Shown in pieces: positions 1 to 12,855 of a stretch of 64,000 nucleotides of DNA. Every line of letters begins with the position of its first letter. Positions within the stretch are counted from its first letter, which is position 1. The stretch spans positions 127,606,093 through 127,670,092 of the forward strand of contig NC_068981.1 in assembly GCF_001194135.2 (NCBI RefSeq), written 5' to 3'. The DNA is from Octopus bimaculoides (taxonomy: Eukaryota). The notes below the pieces were generated by a model, which was given only the letters and a program-made list of their open reading frames with translations, did no database searches and was not told the origin of the DNA. Both the position numbers and the translations under genes were made by a program.

Positions 1-250
1 TTAACAGTAACTGCACGATAAAGTGAAGTATATTTGCCATTTAAATGTGGCTGACCCCGTGTGACTGGCCCTCGTGCCAGTGGCATGTAAAAGCACCCAC
101 TACACTCTTGGAGTGGTTGGCATTAGGAAGGGCATCCAGCTGTAGAGACTCTGCCAGATCAGATTAGAGCCTGGTGCAGCCTTCTGGTTTCACCAGTCCT
201 CAGTCAAATCGTCCAACCCATGCTAGCATGGAAAGTGGACGTTAAACGAC
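1..250 (+). mobile_element. RTE-LINE 3' UTR-type repeat (5'-truncated LINE tail or tail-sharing SINE)
   Basis: The block aaaagcacccactacactc...aggaagggcatccagctgtag...ccaacccatgctagcatggaaagtggacgttaaacga also forms the 3' end of the RT-bearing RTE copies at 7850-8400 and 37390-37990. Confidence 0.8.
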
Positions 251-489
251 TAAAGGCGGTGTTCCAGCATGGCCGCAGTCAAATGACTGAAACAAGTAAA
301 AGAGTATATAATCTTGCATTTTAAAATACCTTGGATGGAAAATCATCCAGGTGCACAGAAGGACAATACACGGATTACATTGTGATCTATTGGAATACTG
401 AGAATATATAATCATGTTTATTATGTGTGTCTGTATATGTGTGTGTGCACGCATGTGTTAAAATTATTACTTTTATTTTCAATTCAATG

Positions 490-3400
490 ATAATAATTCT
501 TTTATTGGCCACAAGGGCTTACATAAAGTTCCATGAAGTGACAAAGACAGGATGATACAAATGGGTTTTAAAAGCATGTAGACAAAAAACAGCAGAAAAT
601 TCGACAAATAATACTCCCACAAGGGGGAGGTGCTTTAAGGCTACTCGTGGAAAAAACTCACAAAAGTCGCAGGTGGCCTGACCAACAGGGCAAGAGCCCG
701 CTCCTCTTGTTTTTACAGGCACATGCTCAAAATGGGTCCTTTCAAACTAACCATTTTTCCAACATTCATCCACCTTTCAACAAATTTGCTAGGTAACACT
801 TCCCTCTCAACCCTCACTTTCCTTTTCAAGTGAAACTTGGAAAAGTTTATGAGGGCTTGGCCAAAGAGGAAAGTGTCTGTCTTTAGCCCTTTCAAGCATG
901 TCCACCACACTACCTCTTTTGCTACAGCCACCAGACAAATAAAAATTGTCTGACCCTCCCAGTCAAAGGAGGGTGGTGAAGCAATCATCACTATGGATTC
1001 AGCTTATAGCTGGATCTGTCCCACATGTGCCAGCAAGTGTTTGACATAAACCCACAGGTCAGTAATGCTCAGGCATTGGATGAGTGTATGCAGAACAGTT
1101 TTCTCAGTTCATTGCTCTGCGCACACCTCAGGCATGTTTGGCTGATGGTACTTCTGTGCCTGTAAAGTTTATCCCAAATGGGCAGCACTCCTCAGTAGCA
1201 CTACCAGGCCAGGGATTTCTGGAAGTTATCCATAGGCCCTGGCCCGAAAGTCCTCCAGAACAGACCAGTAAGTTGATCTTCTCCAATGCCCAGAGCTTCC
1301 CCGAGAATGTCGTCAAACTTTTCCTCCACTAACCCTCTATAGAATGTTAGAGTGGAACTACCACCAACTGCATTGCTTGACTGGCAGAGGGCTGTGAGTG
1401 CTTGATGTCACTTGAGGTGCCAAGCGCTCTTCCTCAGTCTACGCCTAATCCAGGATTGCAGCTCAATCAAAGAGACGAGTTGTACGAGAGCGAATCTTAC
1501 AACGAAAGGTGACCACACCTGCTCACTGTCAAGGAAACGCTGGAGATGTCGCAGCCTGATCACATGCCTGCGCATCAGCAACTATGGCATGCCCAGCCCC
1601 ACTTCAGCAGCTGTTGACAACAGATGGAGTGCCTGACCAGCGGCATGTGTCCCCTCTGCAGAAAGTGGAAGAGTAAGCGTACCAGCATGTTCAACCAACA
1701 TAAGAGGCAAGGGATGATGGTCAATTAGTCGTAGATGATGGATGCGATGTACGCATTCACCTCAGCTCGACCTCTCAAGGACAGCTTTGTTTCTGGGTGA
1801 GATTGGCCAACCTGTTCGTCACCTCATTCCAGTTTTTCTCTGCCTAGAGGTCTGGACCAAACCAGACTCCAAGCAATTTAACCAGACCATCTGTCCAGCA
1901 CCCCTATGACGCTGTTGGATGGCATGAACTTCCTTCTTCAGATGCCAAGTTACAAGCCCACTTTTTTTCGCATTAATGTTTGCTCCTGTCACTGCTTCAT
2001 ATTCTTTTAGTGTGGTGCCTATCAGGCCTATGATGGTGACATTATTGGCATAGGCAGGCATGCTTCTCCCACATCCCAAATCACACGGGAACACTCCTCT
2101 ATGCCTCCAGCTTCCACAGCAGTGGCTCAAGAGTCAGTACATACAGAAGGGAGGAGAGAGGGTGCCTTTGACAGACCAAGCACAAGATACTGAATGGTTC
2201 TGACTGGTGACCATTCACCCAAACTACCGAGCTGATGTTGCTGTACAAAGTAGCAATCCAACTACAGAAAACTAGACTGAAACTGACTGCCATGAGAACA
2301 ACTGCCAAATATTGGTGGTCGACCCTATCGAAAGCTTTAGATTGATCTAAATTGATCAGAGCCCCACCCATGCCAGCTTCGTTACCCACCCTCTCAGTGA
2401 TGTAGCACATGAGGTGGAGGTTGTCTTGGATGGTCCTGCTTGATATAGCACATGTTTGCACATTGCTAATTAGCTTCTACATGACAAGCGCCAGCCTTTT
2501 GGCTAACACCTTGGCCAAAATTTTCAATTCTGCATTGAGCAGAGTGATGGGCTTGAAATTCTCTATAATGTCCCCCTTGATTTGGTCTTTTCACAGCAGT
2601 GCCACCACCCCTCGACAAACAAAAGTGGGAATTCCCCCATTCTGTTGCCAGTTGCGGTAGATATCTGCTAAGAGGCCTCTAAACAAGTCTGGCATAGAAA
2701 TAAAAAGCTTGCAGGGCAGACCATCCAAACTCAGCAATATGCCTCTTGTGCAACCCTTCATCGCCTCCTGTATTTCTGTGGCTGTTATTAGCCTTTTGCA
2801 TCACTCTGCCTTGCTGGTTGAAAGTTGTGGCAGGCTGTCCAGGTAGACACCAAATTCTGCTCTTTTATCCGTTCTACCACTTGTCCTGAACAGTTTAGCA
2901 AAGTGCTGCTGAAAGGCCACACATCTCTGCTTCAGTTCAAACATCTTATGCCTGTTTTGGTCCACCAAAGACCAAATGGTGGCTTTGTTGCCCTGTTTTG
3001 CCTCTGCCACTCAGGCCTATCTAGTGGATTTCATTCTCACCCTGCTTAGTGTATGTGCTTTAGCTCTGATAACACAACCTGTATGTTTGGCGTCAAAGTA
3101 TTGGTCAAAGGCCAATCTTGTCGCCAACATGCCTTTCCTAAGTGCCTCATCTAACTTTCTAACTAAGCCTCTCTCTATTCTATTTCTTTCTATCGCTAAA
3201 GCCTTACTAAACCTATTGGATTCTACTCTAATTGCCCTTTTAAGAGCAAACCACCAATTGTTGTTGACGATTGCCCCTGTCAACGCCTGCTTAACTAATT
3301 CACTAATCCGGTCTCTGTAAGCTTGGCATGCCAGTAACGACGCATTCAGCTTCCAGTAACCGGGGCCCTGTCTATGAAGCTTATCTAGGTCACCATACAG

Positions 3401-5755
3401 ATCATGAATTTATGGTCTGTGTTGCTGACCATGTGAAAGTGTGGACAACCTGTACTATCTTTATCTGCTGGCCTACAGAAAACTCTATCTCGATACAACC
3501 TAGATGACCTGATGTGGTTTGTCCAAGTCTACATTGGCACATTCAGGTAATCTAATTGGTACCTGTCAGACAGTTGAAAATGTCTGAGCTGGTTTATGAG
3601 GCTTTTGCACCCCACTCTCCTATCAGATAGCCCCACATGGTCCAAAAGTCCATCTAAGGCAGTGTTCCAATCCCCTACTAACACTAAGGTTTGAGACGTT
3701 CCCAGGAAAACCTTCAGACGATTGAAGTCTGAAGGCAATGCTGTCACTGCTGCTCACATCCAGGACCACCAACTTACCTTCTGGATACAGGAAGATTGCC
3801 TTTATTTTCTAATCCAGACCTTTCTGGAAAAACACTGCAGTTCCACCACAGCCTCTTCGCAGCTGACATGGAGACAGGTAGATCTTATATCCAGTAAAGA
3901 GGGGTATGAAGGCCTGCGGGTCTGAAAGTCTGGTTTCACTAATGACTTCTACGTCTACACTAAATGAGCTCAAGTCATTTAAAAGGTGATCTTGTTTCCA
4001 AGGTGACCTGAGGCCCCTGGCATTTATACAACCAATTTTGAGCATGACCATGTTGAAAAATATATATTCATGAAAGCGAGCACTACTTACTGCTGTTGTC
4101 TGGTGGTGTGGCCCCCTTGTTCCTTGGTGTAGGGGTTTCCATGAGTAGATTTTCGTAGAGTCTTAGAAAAAAGTTTTCTGAAACAACCCAACAGCTTCGG
4201 GAAATTTTGTTTTTGAAGTGTTGTATGTGTGTTGTGATATTTTTAGAATTTGCATGTGTAGTGATGGTGTGTTGTGTGTCAGGAAGACAAAATCTTTCAT
4301 TGTGGTGTCTGTGTTGTTTTTTAAGTGTTTTATAAGGTCTATATTTGTTTGTGTCTATGGCTGTGAGGTTGGTGGTGCTTATGGAGTCTGCTAGTGTTGT
4401 AATTTGTGTTTGGGGTGGTAGTGCTGGTGAAAGTGGTGTTGTTGTTGGCAGTTGTGTCTGTATGTTGCTGCTGTTGGGAAGTTCAGCTTGTTTGCACCTC
4501 TCTTCCTTTTCCAATTGTTTTGCAGTTTCTTTTTTCCTTTTTTTTTGGTGGGACTGTGTGCCATTCCTCCTTCTCGACCTCAGTACCTGAATAGTCTGTG
4601 TCGTGTCCTTGTTTAGGGTGGTCTGTTGTGGGGGTTCATCTGGTGGTGGTGGTGGTACTCCTTTGGATGTTGAGGCTGTTTCTGGTGTTGGTGATGTTGA
4701 AGTTGGTCATTCCCCCGAGACGGCTGGAGGCAGCATTGCTGTTGCTACCACTGGTGGTGGTGGTGATGGTACTAGTGCCGCCCTTGATGCATCGACTGCT
4801 AGTCCCTGCTGCTGCTGCACCTGTTGTTGCTGTTGCTGCACTGGAGGTGGCATTAACACTGGTATTAGTACTAGTGCTAGCAGTTCCTCCCCTCTCTTTC
4901 TGTGGCAAGAGACCTTGAGGTAGTTCTTGTCACCACAAAGGTAATACCTTGGACTCTGCCCTCTACGGCCACATTTAATTTTGGGTCGTTTGGCAGACTG
5001 ATCACATCAGGGATGAGCTCTATGCTCTCTTGTTCCACTTGGATGAAGAGCTCTATCCCCTGATCTGACCAATTTTGTCAGTGCAACTTGTGCACTTCCA
5101 GTATTGTGGCAGTGTCCTCTATGTTTAGGAGGACTGCTGCCACCAACCAGCCAGCATATATTTATTTCTGGGGGCATCTCCCCAATTTTTTATCATTGTT
5201 ACATACTGACCAAGCATGAGTAAAAAAATGACCTTTTAGTTGTACTGTGGAATGGTGTCTTGCTTCTTGCTTTGTTGTGAAATGCACCTCCACAGTACCA
5301 AAACATTTTCCCCTTGTTACATGTTTTCACATTCCATACTGGCTTAAGTATGAGTTCAAGATGCTTGTTTTATTCTTTCTTTTTTTTTTGTATTTACACA
5401 TTTGTAGATGAGTGTTCTTTTGTTTCTTTTTCTTATTAGTTCACTTGGGGTATATAGTGCTACATTGTTTCCATTTTTTTCAATAGTTCTCTTGAGGCTT
5501 TAATGTCTTCCATTGTCACATTCAGTCTTTCTTTAATTTGCTTTGTGACCGAGGTGAAACAATTGATGCTTGGCTTGTTGCTGCTGTTCGTGTTTGTGGT
5601 AGCAGTGGCAGTGTCTTTGTTTCTCTCTTGTTTTCTTTCTTCTTTCCTCTCTTCTTTCTTCTTTTCCTTCTGTGCAGGAACAATAGTGGTGGTGAGAGCG
5701 GGGAAGGACCACTGATGAGGTCACAGAAGTGTGACGAAAGAACTCTGGCCGAAAT
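490..5755 (-). mobile_element. Near full-length, multiply disrupted Tx1/L1-clade non-LTR retrotransposon
   Basis: ORF1 relic (~4080-5720) with a basic/low-complexity N-terminus and a degenerate zinc knuckle (YLCGDKNYLKVSC, ~4910-4950). ORF2 relics: APE (MLKIGCINARGL, ISETRL, LVLVGDWNT), RT (LINLDQSKAFDRVDHQYL, PLSSLLYVLTLEP, YANNVT) and C-terminus (FVERWMNV). Poly(A)-signal-like tail near 500. Many stops and frameshifts; no clear TSD. Confidence 0.92.
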
Positions 5756-6285
5756 ATGATTAACGTAAAATAAAGCTGAAGCAAATTAACACCAAATATA
5801 TAGTGCGTGTGTTTTTATTGGCTAAACTGGCAACATGACTATCCCCAAATACAACAATATATATATATATATATATNNNNNNNNNNNNNNNNNNNNNNNN
5901 NNNNNNNNNNNNNNNNNNNNNNNNNNNNNNNNNNNNNNNNNNNNNNNNNNNNNNNNNNNNNNNNNNNNNNNNNNNNNNNNNNNNNNNNNNNNNNNNNNNN
6001 NNNNNNNNNNNNNNNNNNNNNNNNNNNNNNNNNNNNNNNNNNNNNNNNNNNNNNNNNNNNNNNNNNNNNNNNNNNNNNNNNNNNNNNNNNNNNNNNNNNN
6101 NNNNNNNNNNNNNNNNNNNNNNNNNNNNNNNNNNNNNNNNNNNNNNNNNNNNNNNNNNNNNNNNNNNNNNNNNNNNNNNNNNNNNNNNNNNNNNNNNNNN
6201 NNNNNNNNNNNNNNNNNNNNNNNNNNNNNNNNNNNNNNNNNNNNNNNNNNNNNNNNNNNNNNNNNNNNNNNNNNNNNNNNNNNNN

Positions 6286-6329
<44 letters not shown>

Positions 6330-6339
6330 TATATACATT

Positions 6340-6720
6340 TCCCTGGGCCTGTCTCTTCCAGATGTTACCTCTACAGTTAGAGATTGATACCCCTTGATGC
6401 AAGTGTCTTCATTATGATGCTTTGTATACCTAGTTTCTTTCTCAGATTACTTACACTATGTTGTATATGTACACTGACATTACCCATCCAGCGGAACATA
6501 CTAGCTTCGTTTCTTTCAAGTCTTCGCATATCCTCAGTAGTCACAGTCTACGTTTCACTGTCATGTGGCATAGCTGTTTGTACACAGGCATCACACAATC
6601 TGCTTTTCACTCTAAAGGAAAAGCTCTTCATTACTAAGAGAGGTAGCAACTCTCCGAACTTTGCTCAGTGTATTTTTATTCTAGCATTGCCCAGCCTACC
6701 ATTTAATGTCGACTTTTCAT
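6340..6720 (-). mobile_element. RTE LINE RT C-terminal fragment
   Basis: Nucleotide similarity to the RTE copies at 8900-9150 and 38100-38350 (region encoding MLHGSETW...RNEASMLRWM). Confidence 0.8.
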
Positions 6721-6900
6721 GTTAGCATGGGTTGCATAGTTCAACTGGATGTGATGAAATAGAGGACTACAGCATGCTGCAATGTCTCTGTGTTGACATA
6801 GTTTCTATGACTGGATGCACTTTCTAGTGCCAATCACTTTATTTAGTGTAATGGTTTTTTCATGGTACCAGCGCTACTGAGTTTGCCTTGCACCTTGCAA
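6720..6900 (-). mobile_element. Decayed RTE-tail repeat
   Basis: ttttcatgttagcatggg...tggatgcactttctagtgccaatcacttt matches the tail family in reverse orientation. Confidence 0.65.
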
Positions 6901-7849
6901 GACTAAATAGTCTAAAGGTGCCCCTTATAACTGAAAGCAATTAGGGAAGAGAGAGATAAAAAAGGATAGTGTGTTTGATGATTCTTAGGGAAGCTGGTGA
7001 GAGATGACGAAATATGATGAGGGGAAGCGATAGTTATGAGAATGACTGAGGAAAGTAACAGGGTAATTAATCACTGTCAGGATAAGGTCTACAACAGGAA
7101 CAGGAAAAAGGGAAGGTATTGGTGTCAGTGGTTAGTGAGAAAAGGAGGGACAAAGTGGTAATAATGATAGGATGTGTTGTGTACAGGATGGAGATTGAAG
7201 ATTGTGAGGGTAATGATGCTGACATTGAAATAATGCAATATACAAAGTTCTTCCTAATTTACAAAAGATCTGACTGGCCCTATTTTATGGAATTCATTGT
7301 AAAAATATTATAATTGCAAAAAAGTATATTGGATGTAGAAAAAAAGTACATTCCAAAGAAGGAAAATATATAAATATCCATCATAGCAATTATACATATC
7401 AGACAGTGAAATTTTTCAGATTAAAAACTTTATTTAGTTTCTGCTGTTTAAAATTAAAGTATTAAAATAAACGTGACTGTATAAAATAAAATAGGGTCGT
7501 CTGATTATGAAATACAGTGCAAGGTCTTTTTTTTTTGATAAACAAAGTCACATGCATTCACTCACTTTGTGAAATGATCAATAGAGCACAACATATTGGA
7601 CAAAAATTATCTCATAAAAATGATCACCTACAAACACATACACTACACACACACACACACACAAACTTCGTCATGTGATCAAGTGACAAAACAAGAACCC
7701 CACCACCACCACCTCGTTACTCGAGTCAAATCAATAGTGATATTGAAATCTTACAGAAATCTGGTTTTTAAAGAAAAAATTTTTATTCACAGTCACTTGC
7801 TCTTAGAAAAAAGCAAAATGAACAGAAAAATAAGAAAGCCAAATTGTCG

Positions 7850-9330
7850 TTGTCATCATCATCATCATTTAACGTCCGCTTTCCATGCTAGCATGGGTTT
7901 GACGATTTGACTGAGGACTAGCAAACCAGATGGCTGCACCAGACTCCGATCTGATTTGGCAGAGTTTCTACAGCTGGATGCATTTTCTAATGCCGACCAC
8001 TCTGAGAGTGTAGTGGGTGCTTTTACGTGCCACCGGCATGGAAACCAGTCAGCTGTTCTGGCAGTGATCATGCTCGGATGGTGCTCTTAGCGCTCCGCTG
8101 GCAAGGGTGCCAATCATCGAATTTGCGAATTTGATTTGATTTTCATTTCACTTGCCTCAACAGGTCTTCACAAGCAGAGTTTAGTGTCCAATGAAGAAAA
8201 GGTATGCATAAGTGGGCTGGTTATACTCCAGGCATAGGCCATGGGTTATGGTCTCACTTGGCTTGCTGGGTCTTCTCACACACTGCATATTTCCAAAGGT
8301 CTCGGTCACTAGTCATTGCCTCAGTGAGGCCTAATGTTCAAAGGTTGTGCTTAACTACCTCGTCCCAGGTCTTCCTGGGTCTACCTCTTCTACAGGTTCT
8401 CTCAACCGCTAGGCTGTGGCACTTTTTCACACAGCTATCCTCATCCATTCTTATTTCTTTATTGCCCACAAGGGGCTACACACAGAGGGGACAAACAAGG
8501 ACAGACAAACGGATTAAGTCGGTTATATCGACCCCAGTGCGTAACTGGTACTTATTTAATCGACCCCGAAAGGATGAAAGGCAAAGTCGACCTAGGCGGA
8601 ATTTGAACTCAGAACGTTACAGCAGACGAAATACCATTAAGCATTTCACCCGGCGTGCTAACGTTTCTGCCAGCCTGCCGCCTATCCTCATCCATTCTTG
8701 CCACATGGCCGTACCAGCGAAGTCGTCTCTCTTGCACACCACATCTGATGCTTCTTAGATCCAACTTTTCTACAGGTTCCCTCAACTGCTAGGCTGTGGC
8801 ACTTTTTCAGATAGCTATCCTCATCCATTCTTGCCACATGACCATACCAGTGCAATCGTCTCTCTTGCACACCACAACTGATGCTTCTTAGGTCTAACTT
8901 TTCTCTCAAGGTACTTACACTCTGTCGAGTATGCACACTGACATTACACATCCATTGGAGCATACTGGCTTCATTCCTTGTGAGCTTACGCATGTCTTCA
9001 GCAGTCACGGCCCATGTTTCACTTCCATGTAGCATGGCTGTTTGTACACATGCGTCGTACAGTCTATCTTTTACTTTGAGCGAGAGGCCTTTGTCACCAG
9101 CAAAGGTAAGAGCTCTCTGAACTTTGTCCAGGCTATTCTTATTCTAGTAGCTACACTTTCAGCACACCCTCCCCTGCTCCTGACTTGGCCACCTAGGTAA
9201 TGGAAGCTATCAACTACTTCTAGTTTTTCTCCCTGGAATGTGGCAGAAGTTGTTCTATTCACATTTTCAGTGTTTATTGCTCCTGAGCATCTGCCACATA
9301 CAAAAACTATCTTCCTTTTTGCACATTGCT
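7850..9330 (-). mobile_element. 5'-truncated RTE LINE with 3' UTR and (ATC)n tail, containing a nested SINE and a 133-bp tandem duplication
   Basis: ORFs LEVVDSFHYLGGQV, MLHGSETWAVTAEDMRKLTRNEASMLQWMCNV and RRLHWYGHVARM, then the 3' UTR and (cat)n at ~7850-7870. Confidence 0.92.
8453..8681 (-). mobile_element. tRNA-derived SINE (family M) with 18-bp TSD
   Basis: tRNA-like head (ggcaggctggcagaaacgttagc...gagttcaaattcc) and central gcctttcatcctttcggggtcgat block. Exact direct repeat ctatcctcatccattctt at 8435-8452 and 8682-8699. Confidence 0.93.
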
Positions 9331-9599
9331 ATTTTCATGTAGGTAATTTCTACTTAACTGTTTTTTATGTTAACATTTGCAACGCATCTCATTTTCTGAA
9401 CCCTATACTATCTCTCACTTTAAAATCTCCATAGAATTATGTCTCTCAAGAGTCTTGTCAGCTACAAACATTAACTTCAAAAATTTCAAATTTACTTTGC
9501 TAGCCCTAGCCTACCTTTGTAGCCTGGTGGTATCCATGGGTAACTTATCTGATTTACACTTATTGTATCCAAATACTTAAATCACTGTTTTTGACAATT

Positions 9600-9950
9600 T
9601 CTCAAATTTTTGTCATAGTTAACCTAACTTCCTGTCACAGCTATTCAAATATCTCATGACACTTTTCCAGCAGTCAGTCATCTAGGAACACTTATCTAGG
9701 CCTCATATGACACTCAGCCTTTTGGAACACTTACCCAGATCTTTTGGGATAATTACCCAAACAACTTGTGATACATACACACCCAACTATTTTATGATAT
9801 TTACTCCACTGTCTTATGAAACTTACTCAACTGTCTTCCAAAACTAATTTAGCTATTTTGTGAGTGTTATCCAATCAACACTACTCGGACGCTTATGCAG
9901 CCTTTGCAGTTAGTTCGTCTAAATTTCTGATATGCTTGTCACTGTCTTGA
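9600..9950. repeat. Degenerate ~22-bp minisatellite
   Basis: Recurring units resembling (a/g)tgacacttatccagctatttt, e.g. atgatatttactccactgtctt followed by atgaaacttactcaactgtctt. Confidence 0.55.
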
Positions 9951-10414
9951 ACTAAATACTTCCTCTCAGCTGTGACGTTGTTAACCAAAACAACAGAGAA
10001 TCTTGCAGTCTTACGCCCTTATTACCACCTTTCATGTAAGTTTCCATGATTGTGTTTTTTTGCTGACCTATTTTAATGGCTGAGAGGTTAGGCCATCATG
10101 AGCTCATATTTAATTTATGGTATTTATTTAAAATTCTTCTTCCTTCTCTATTCTTATATTTTTCTTTTTTCACCTTCTCTTCTTGCTTCATTTTCTTTTC
10201 CACTATTGAACCCACTTGTGCTATGGGCATCTGTGCTGTAGAGCTGATGAAGACTTGTAAAATACCCCTTAAAAGGATGCTTGCTGCAATGTTCTGCAAT
10301 TTGCTCTTCATGTTAGTCACGATACTGTCTTTTTATCACTTTTTATGTAAAAAGAAGAGGGGGTTGTAGTAACAATGTAAATGTGTGTGTGTGTGTGTAT
10401 CTCTGTCTGTCTGT

Positions 10415-12775
10415 CATTATTCAGTTTATTTCAAGATTTCTTGCCAATAGAGAAAGAACCGGTTTCTAACCTAGATTCAAGGCTCCTTCATTGGAATTTC
10501 AACATCAACAATGGGGTATTTTTGTATGTATGTATGTATGTGCAGATTTGTATGTTTTATGTATGTATGTTCATGCCTATAGCTGCATATCTAGACATGC
10601 TCATATATATTTAAATGATAAACTTCTGGAAAGTTTTACTGATTTTTACACTTCCAGTGATGGATTGGATCTCTAGTCTTCGAATTAGCTTTCTCCTTTC
10701 TGGTTTTGAGAAGCCTAATTTCTCAAGATTGGTATTTAGGCAGTGTATTACATATCTCAGGGCCCCAATAATTACAAGTATAAACCTGAACTTGTAATCT
10801 GGAGAGAGTAACTGCAGATTTCTCAATAGTTCAGCATAGGTGTTCTCTTTTTCACTGATCTTCAGCTTTATGTTGACATCTGCTGGGCAGCTAATTTCCA
10901 TGACTGTGCACATTTTCTCTTCAAATCATTATATCAAGTCTGTTGTGCTTTCATTTTATTGAGGGCTTCACTGGTAAATTCCACCAGTATTCCTTTTTAT
11001 TATGAGTGGCTATGGCTTCTACCCTATTGTGGGTTCTTATTTCTTTGCCCTTGGGATTATCCTTCTGACAGATTTCATTATAGAGTGTCCTAGCTACAAC
11101 ATCATGTCTCATCAGTAGATAATACCATGATGACATTTTCGGACAACTGCTTATGATGTGGGTGATATCTTCAGTGTGAGCTCCACAAAGTCTGCATCGG
11201 TTGTCACATTTTATGGCTTTACCTGCATCTCTATCCCTTTTGTGCATCAGGTACTTGGTTGATCTTTCCTGTTCCTGGATTGAAAACACATACCCTTCAA
11301 AGCAGAAGGTAGTAATCTGGCTATTGGTCCATGATAAACTGCTTTGATGATCAATGTTAGTATCAGAACGGAGCTTTCTAGTAACATATCCATGCATAGT
11401 CTTCTGCTCATATAGGCTCATCCTTTCATCTGATGATACGTTGCGGTAGAGTCATGTGACTTCTTTGGGCATGTATTCTAGGTTATCAGACAAAGAGTAT
11501 TGCTTAAGGAGCTGCCTTTCAAGTCTTATGATGTTATCAGCCTCATGTATGCAAACTTGGTGAAGGGATGCACCTCGACACTTGTTGGTTAAAAGATGTT
11601 GCTGAAGAGATATGATGCGACATTCAAAGGCATTTTGGATCAATGTTAAGCCTCTTCCGCCTTGTTTTTGTTTTAGTAGAGGCAGTCTACATCACTATTT
11701 ATGTGGAAATTATGTGTGCTTGTTAGTATTTTTCAGGTTTTCACATCAATGGCTCAGATCTCATCAAGCGTCCAATCAAGCAGCCTAAATGATGGTATGA
11801 GTACTGGCACTGCAAACACATTGTGGGCCACTGTTCTATTGAATGCAGAGAGTTCTGATGTCCAAATTTTCTTTATTCAACTGTAATATTCTTTAGTGAC
11901 ACGTGTTTTGTTACAGGTGCCACTGTAAGATATATTTTCATCCACCCCTAGATACCCGTAGCATTCCTTGTCAGATACAGGGGAAACAGTTAAATCATTA
12001 GTGGAGATATTACTAGTCTGGTTTATAGTTTTCCCCCTTTCAAACTCCAATCCTACATCCTTTGAGAATGTAGTAACTAGGTCAAGGCTCTTTTTCATCT
12101 CATGCATATTCTTTGAATAAAGTTTCAAGTCATCCACAAAGAAACAGTGTGTAATTTTGGTATTTCTGTTTCCTTGTGAACCAGTGAGATATCCTTCTGA
12201 CTACTTTAATATGAATGACAAGGGGTTTACAGAAAGTATAAACAACATCACAGAGAGGCTGTCTCCTTGGAATATGCCTTTGTGATACTGTATTCTTTTG
12301 GTAATAATACATTCACTCTTTGTGTTTAATTTCAAGATGGTGGCCCATGATGAAGACAGGTCAGCTATGGCTTTGACTATTCTCATTGGACTTTAGCAAG
12401 TTGAAGGGCTTCTAGCATCCATGAGTGGGGAACAGAGTCAAAGGCTTTCTTGTTGTCTTGCCAAATGAAAACTAGGTTCCTCCTATGCTCTCGCATCTCT
12501 GACATGACAGCTTTGTTGATTAACAATTGCTTGGTACATCCCCAAACTCCCTTCTTCTCAGCTGCTTGTTCTGCTGTGATAATGTTATTGGTTTCACAAT
12601 GGTTCTGGAGGAAGAGGTTTAAACATGCTGTATATATTTTATATATTTAGTTCTGGCATGCAATTGGCTGGTAGTTTTTTGTGGTTCTGCATTTGGGGAT
12701 CAATTTTGTCTCTGCTAGAACTAACCAGTGTGTTATGCTACTGTTCCCAATAAAAGTTTGCTGGTACAGATTGAT
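10415..12775 (-). mobile_element. 5'-truncated R4/Dong-like non-LTR retrotransposon with restriction-like endonuclease, disrupted
   Basis: RT motifs KNYQPIACQN, GIFQGDSLSVMLFILSVNPLS, MDDLKLYSK and YGYLGVDEN; CCHC knuckle CRLCGAHTEDITHIISSC followed by RHDVVARTLY; endonuclease region HNRLDI...EISCP; stop at 10611-10613. Confidence 0.9.
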
Positions 12776-12776
12776 A

Positions 12777-12779
<3 letters not shown>

Positions 12780-12855
<76 letters not shown>

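Noticed and set aside
4345-4923. Cys/Gly/Val-rich plus-strand ORFs (PCCCCTCCCCCCTGGG), superficially metallothionein-like
   Set aside because: They are the antisense reading of the Thr/Ser/Ala low-complexity part of Tx1/L1 ORF1
486-5760. ATGAT near both ends of the Tx1/L1 element as a possible TSD
   Set aside because: Only 5 bp in AT-rich sequence with uncertain element ends; likely chance
5760-6402. Long ORFs across N-gaps (also 24621-25067, 33092-34009, 59425-60453)
   Set aside because: Artefacts of N runs and flanking (TA)n, which translate as IYIY; four of the six gaps abut (TA)n
10096-10320. Minus-strand Lys/Glu-rich ORF that looks protein-like
   Set aside because: No convincing splice acceptor in an open frame, no recognised homology; purine-rich composition explains it
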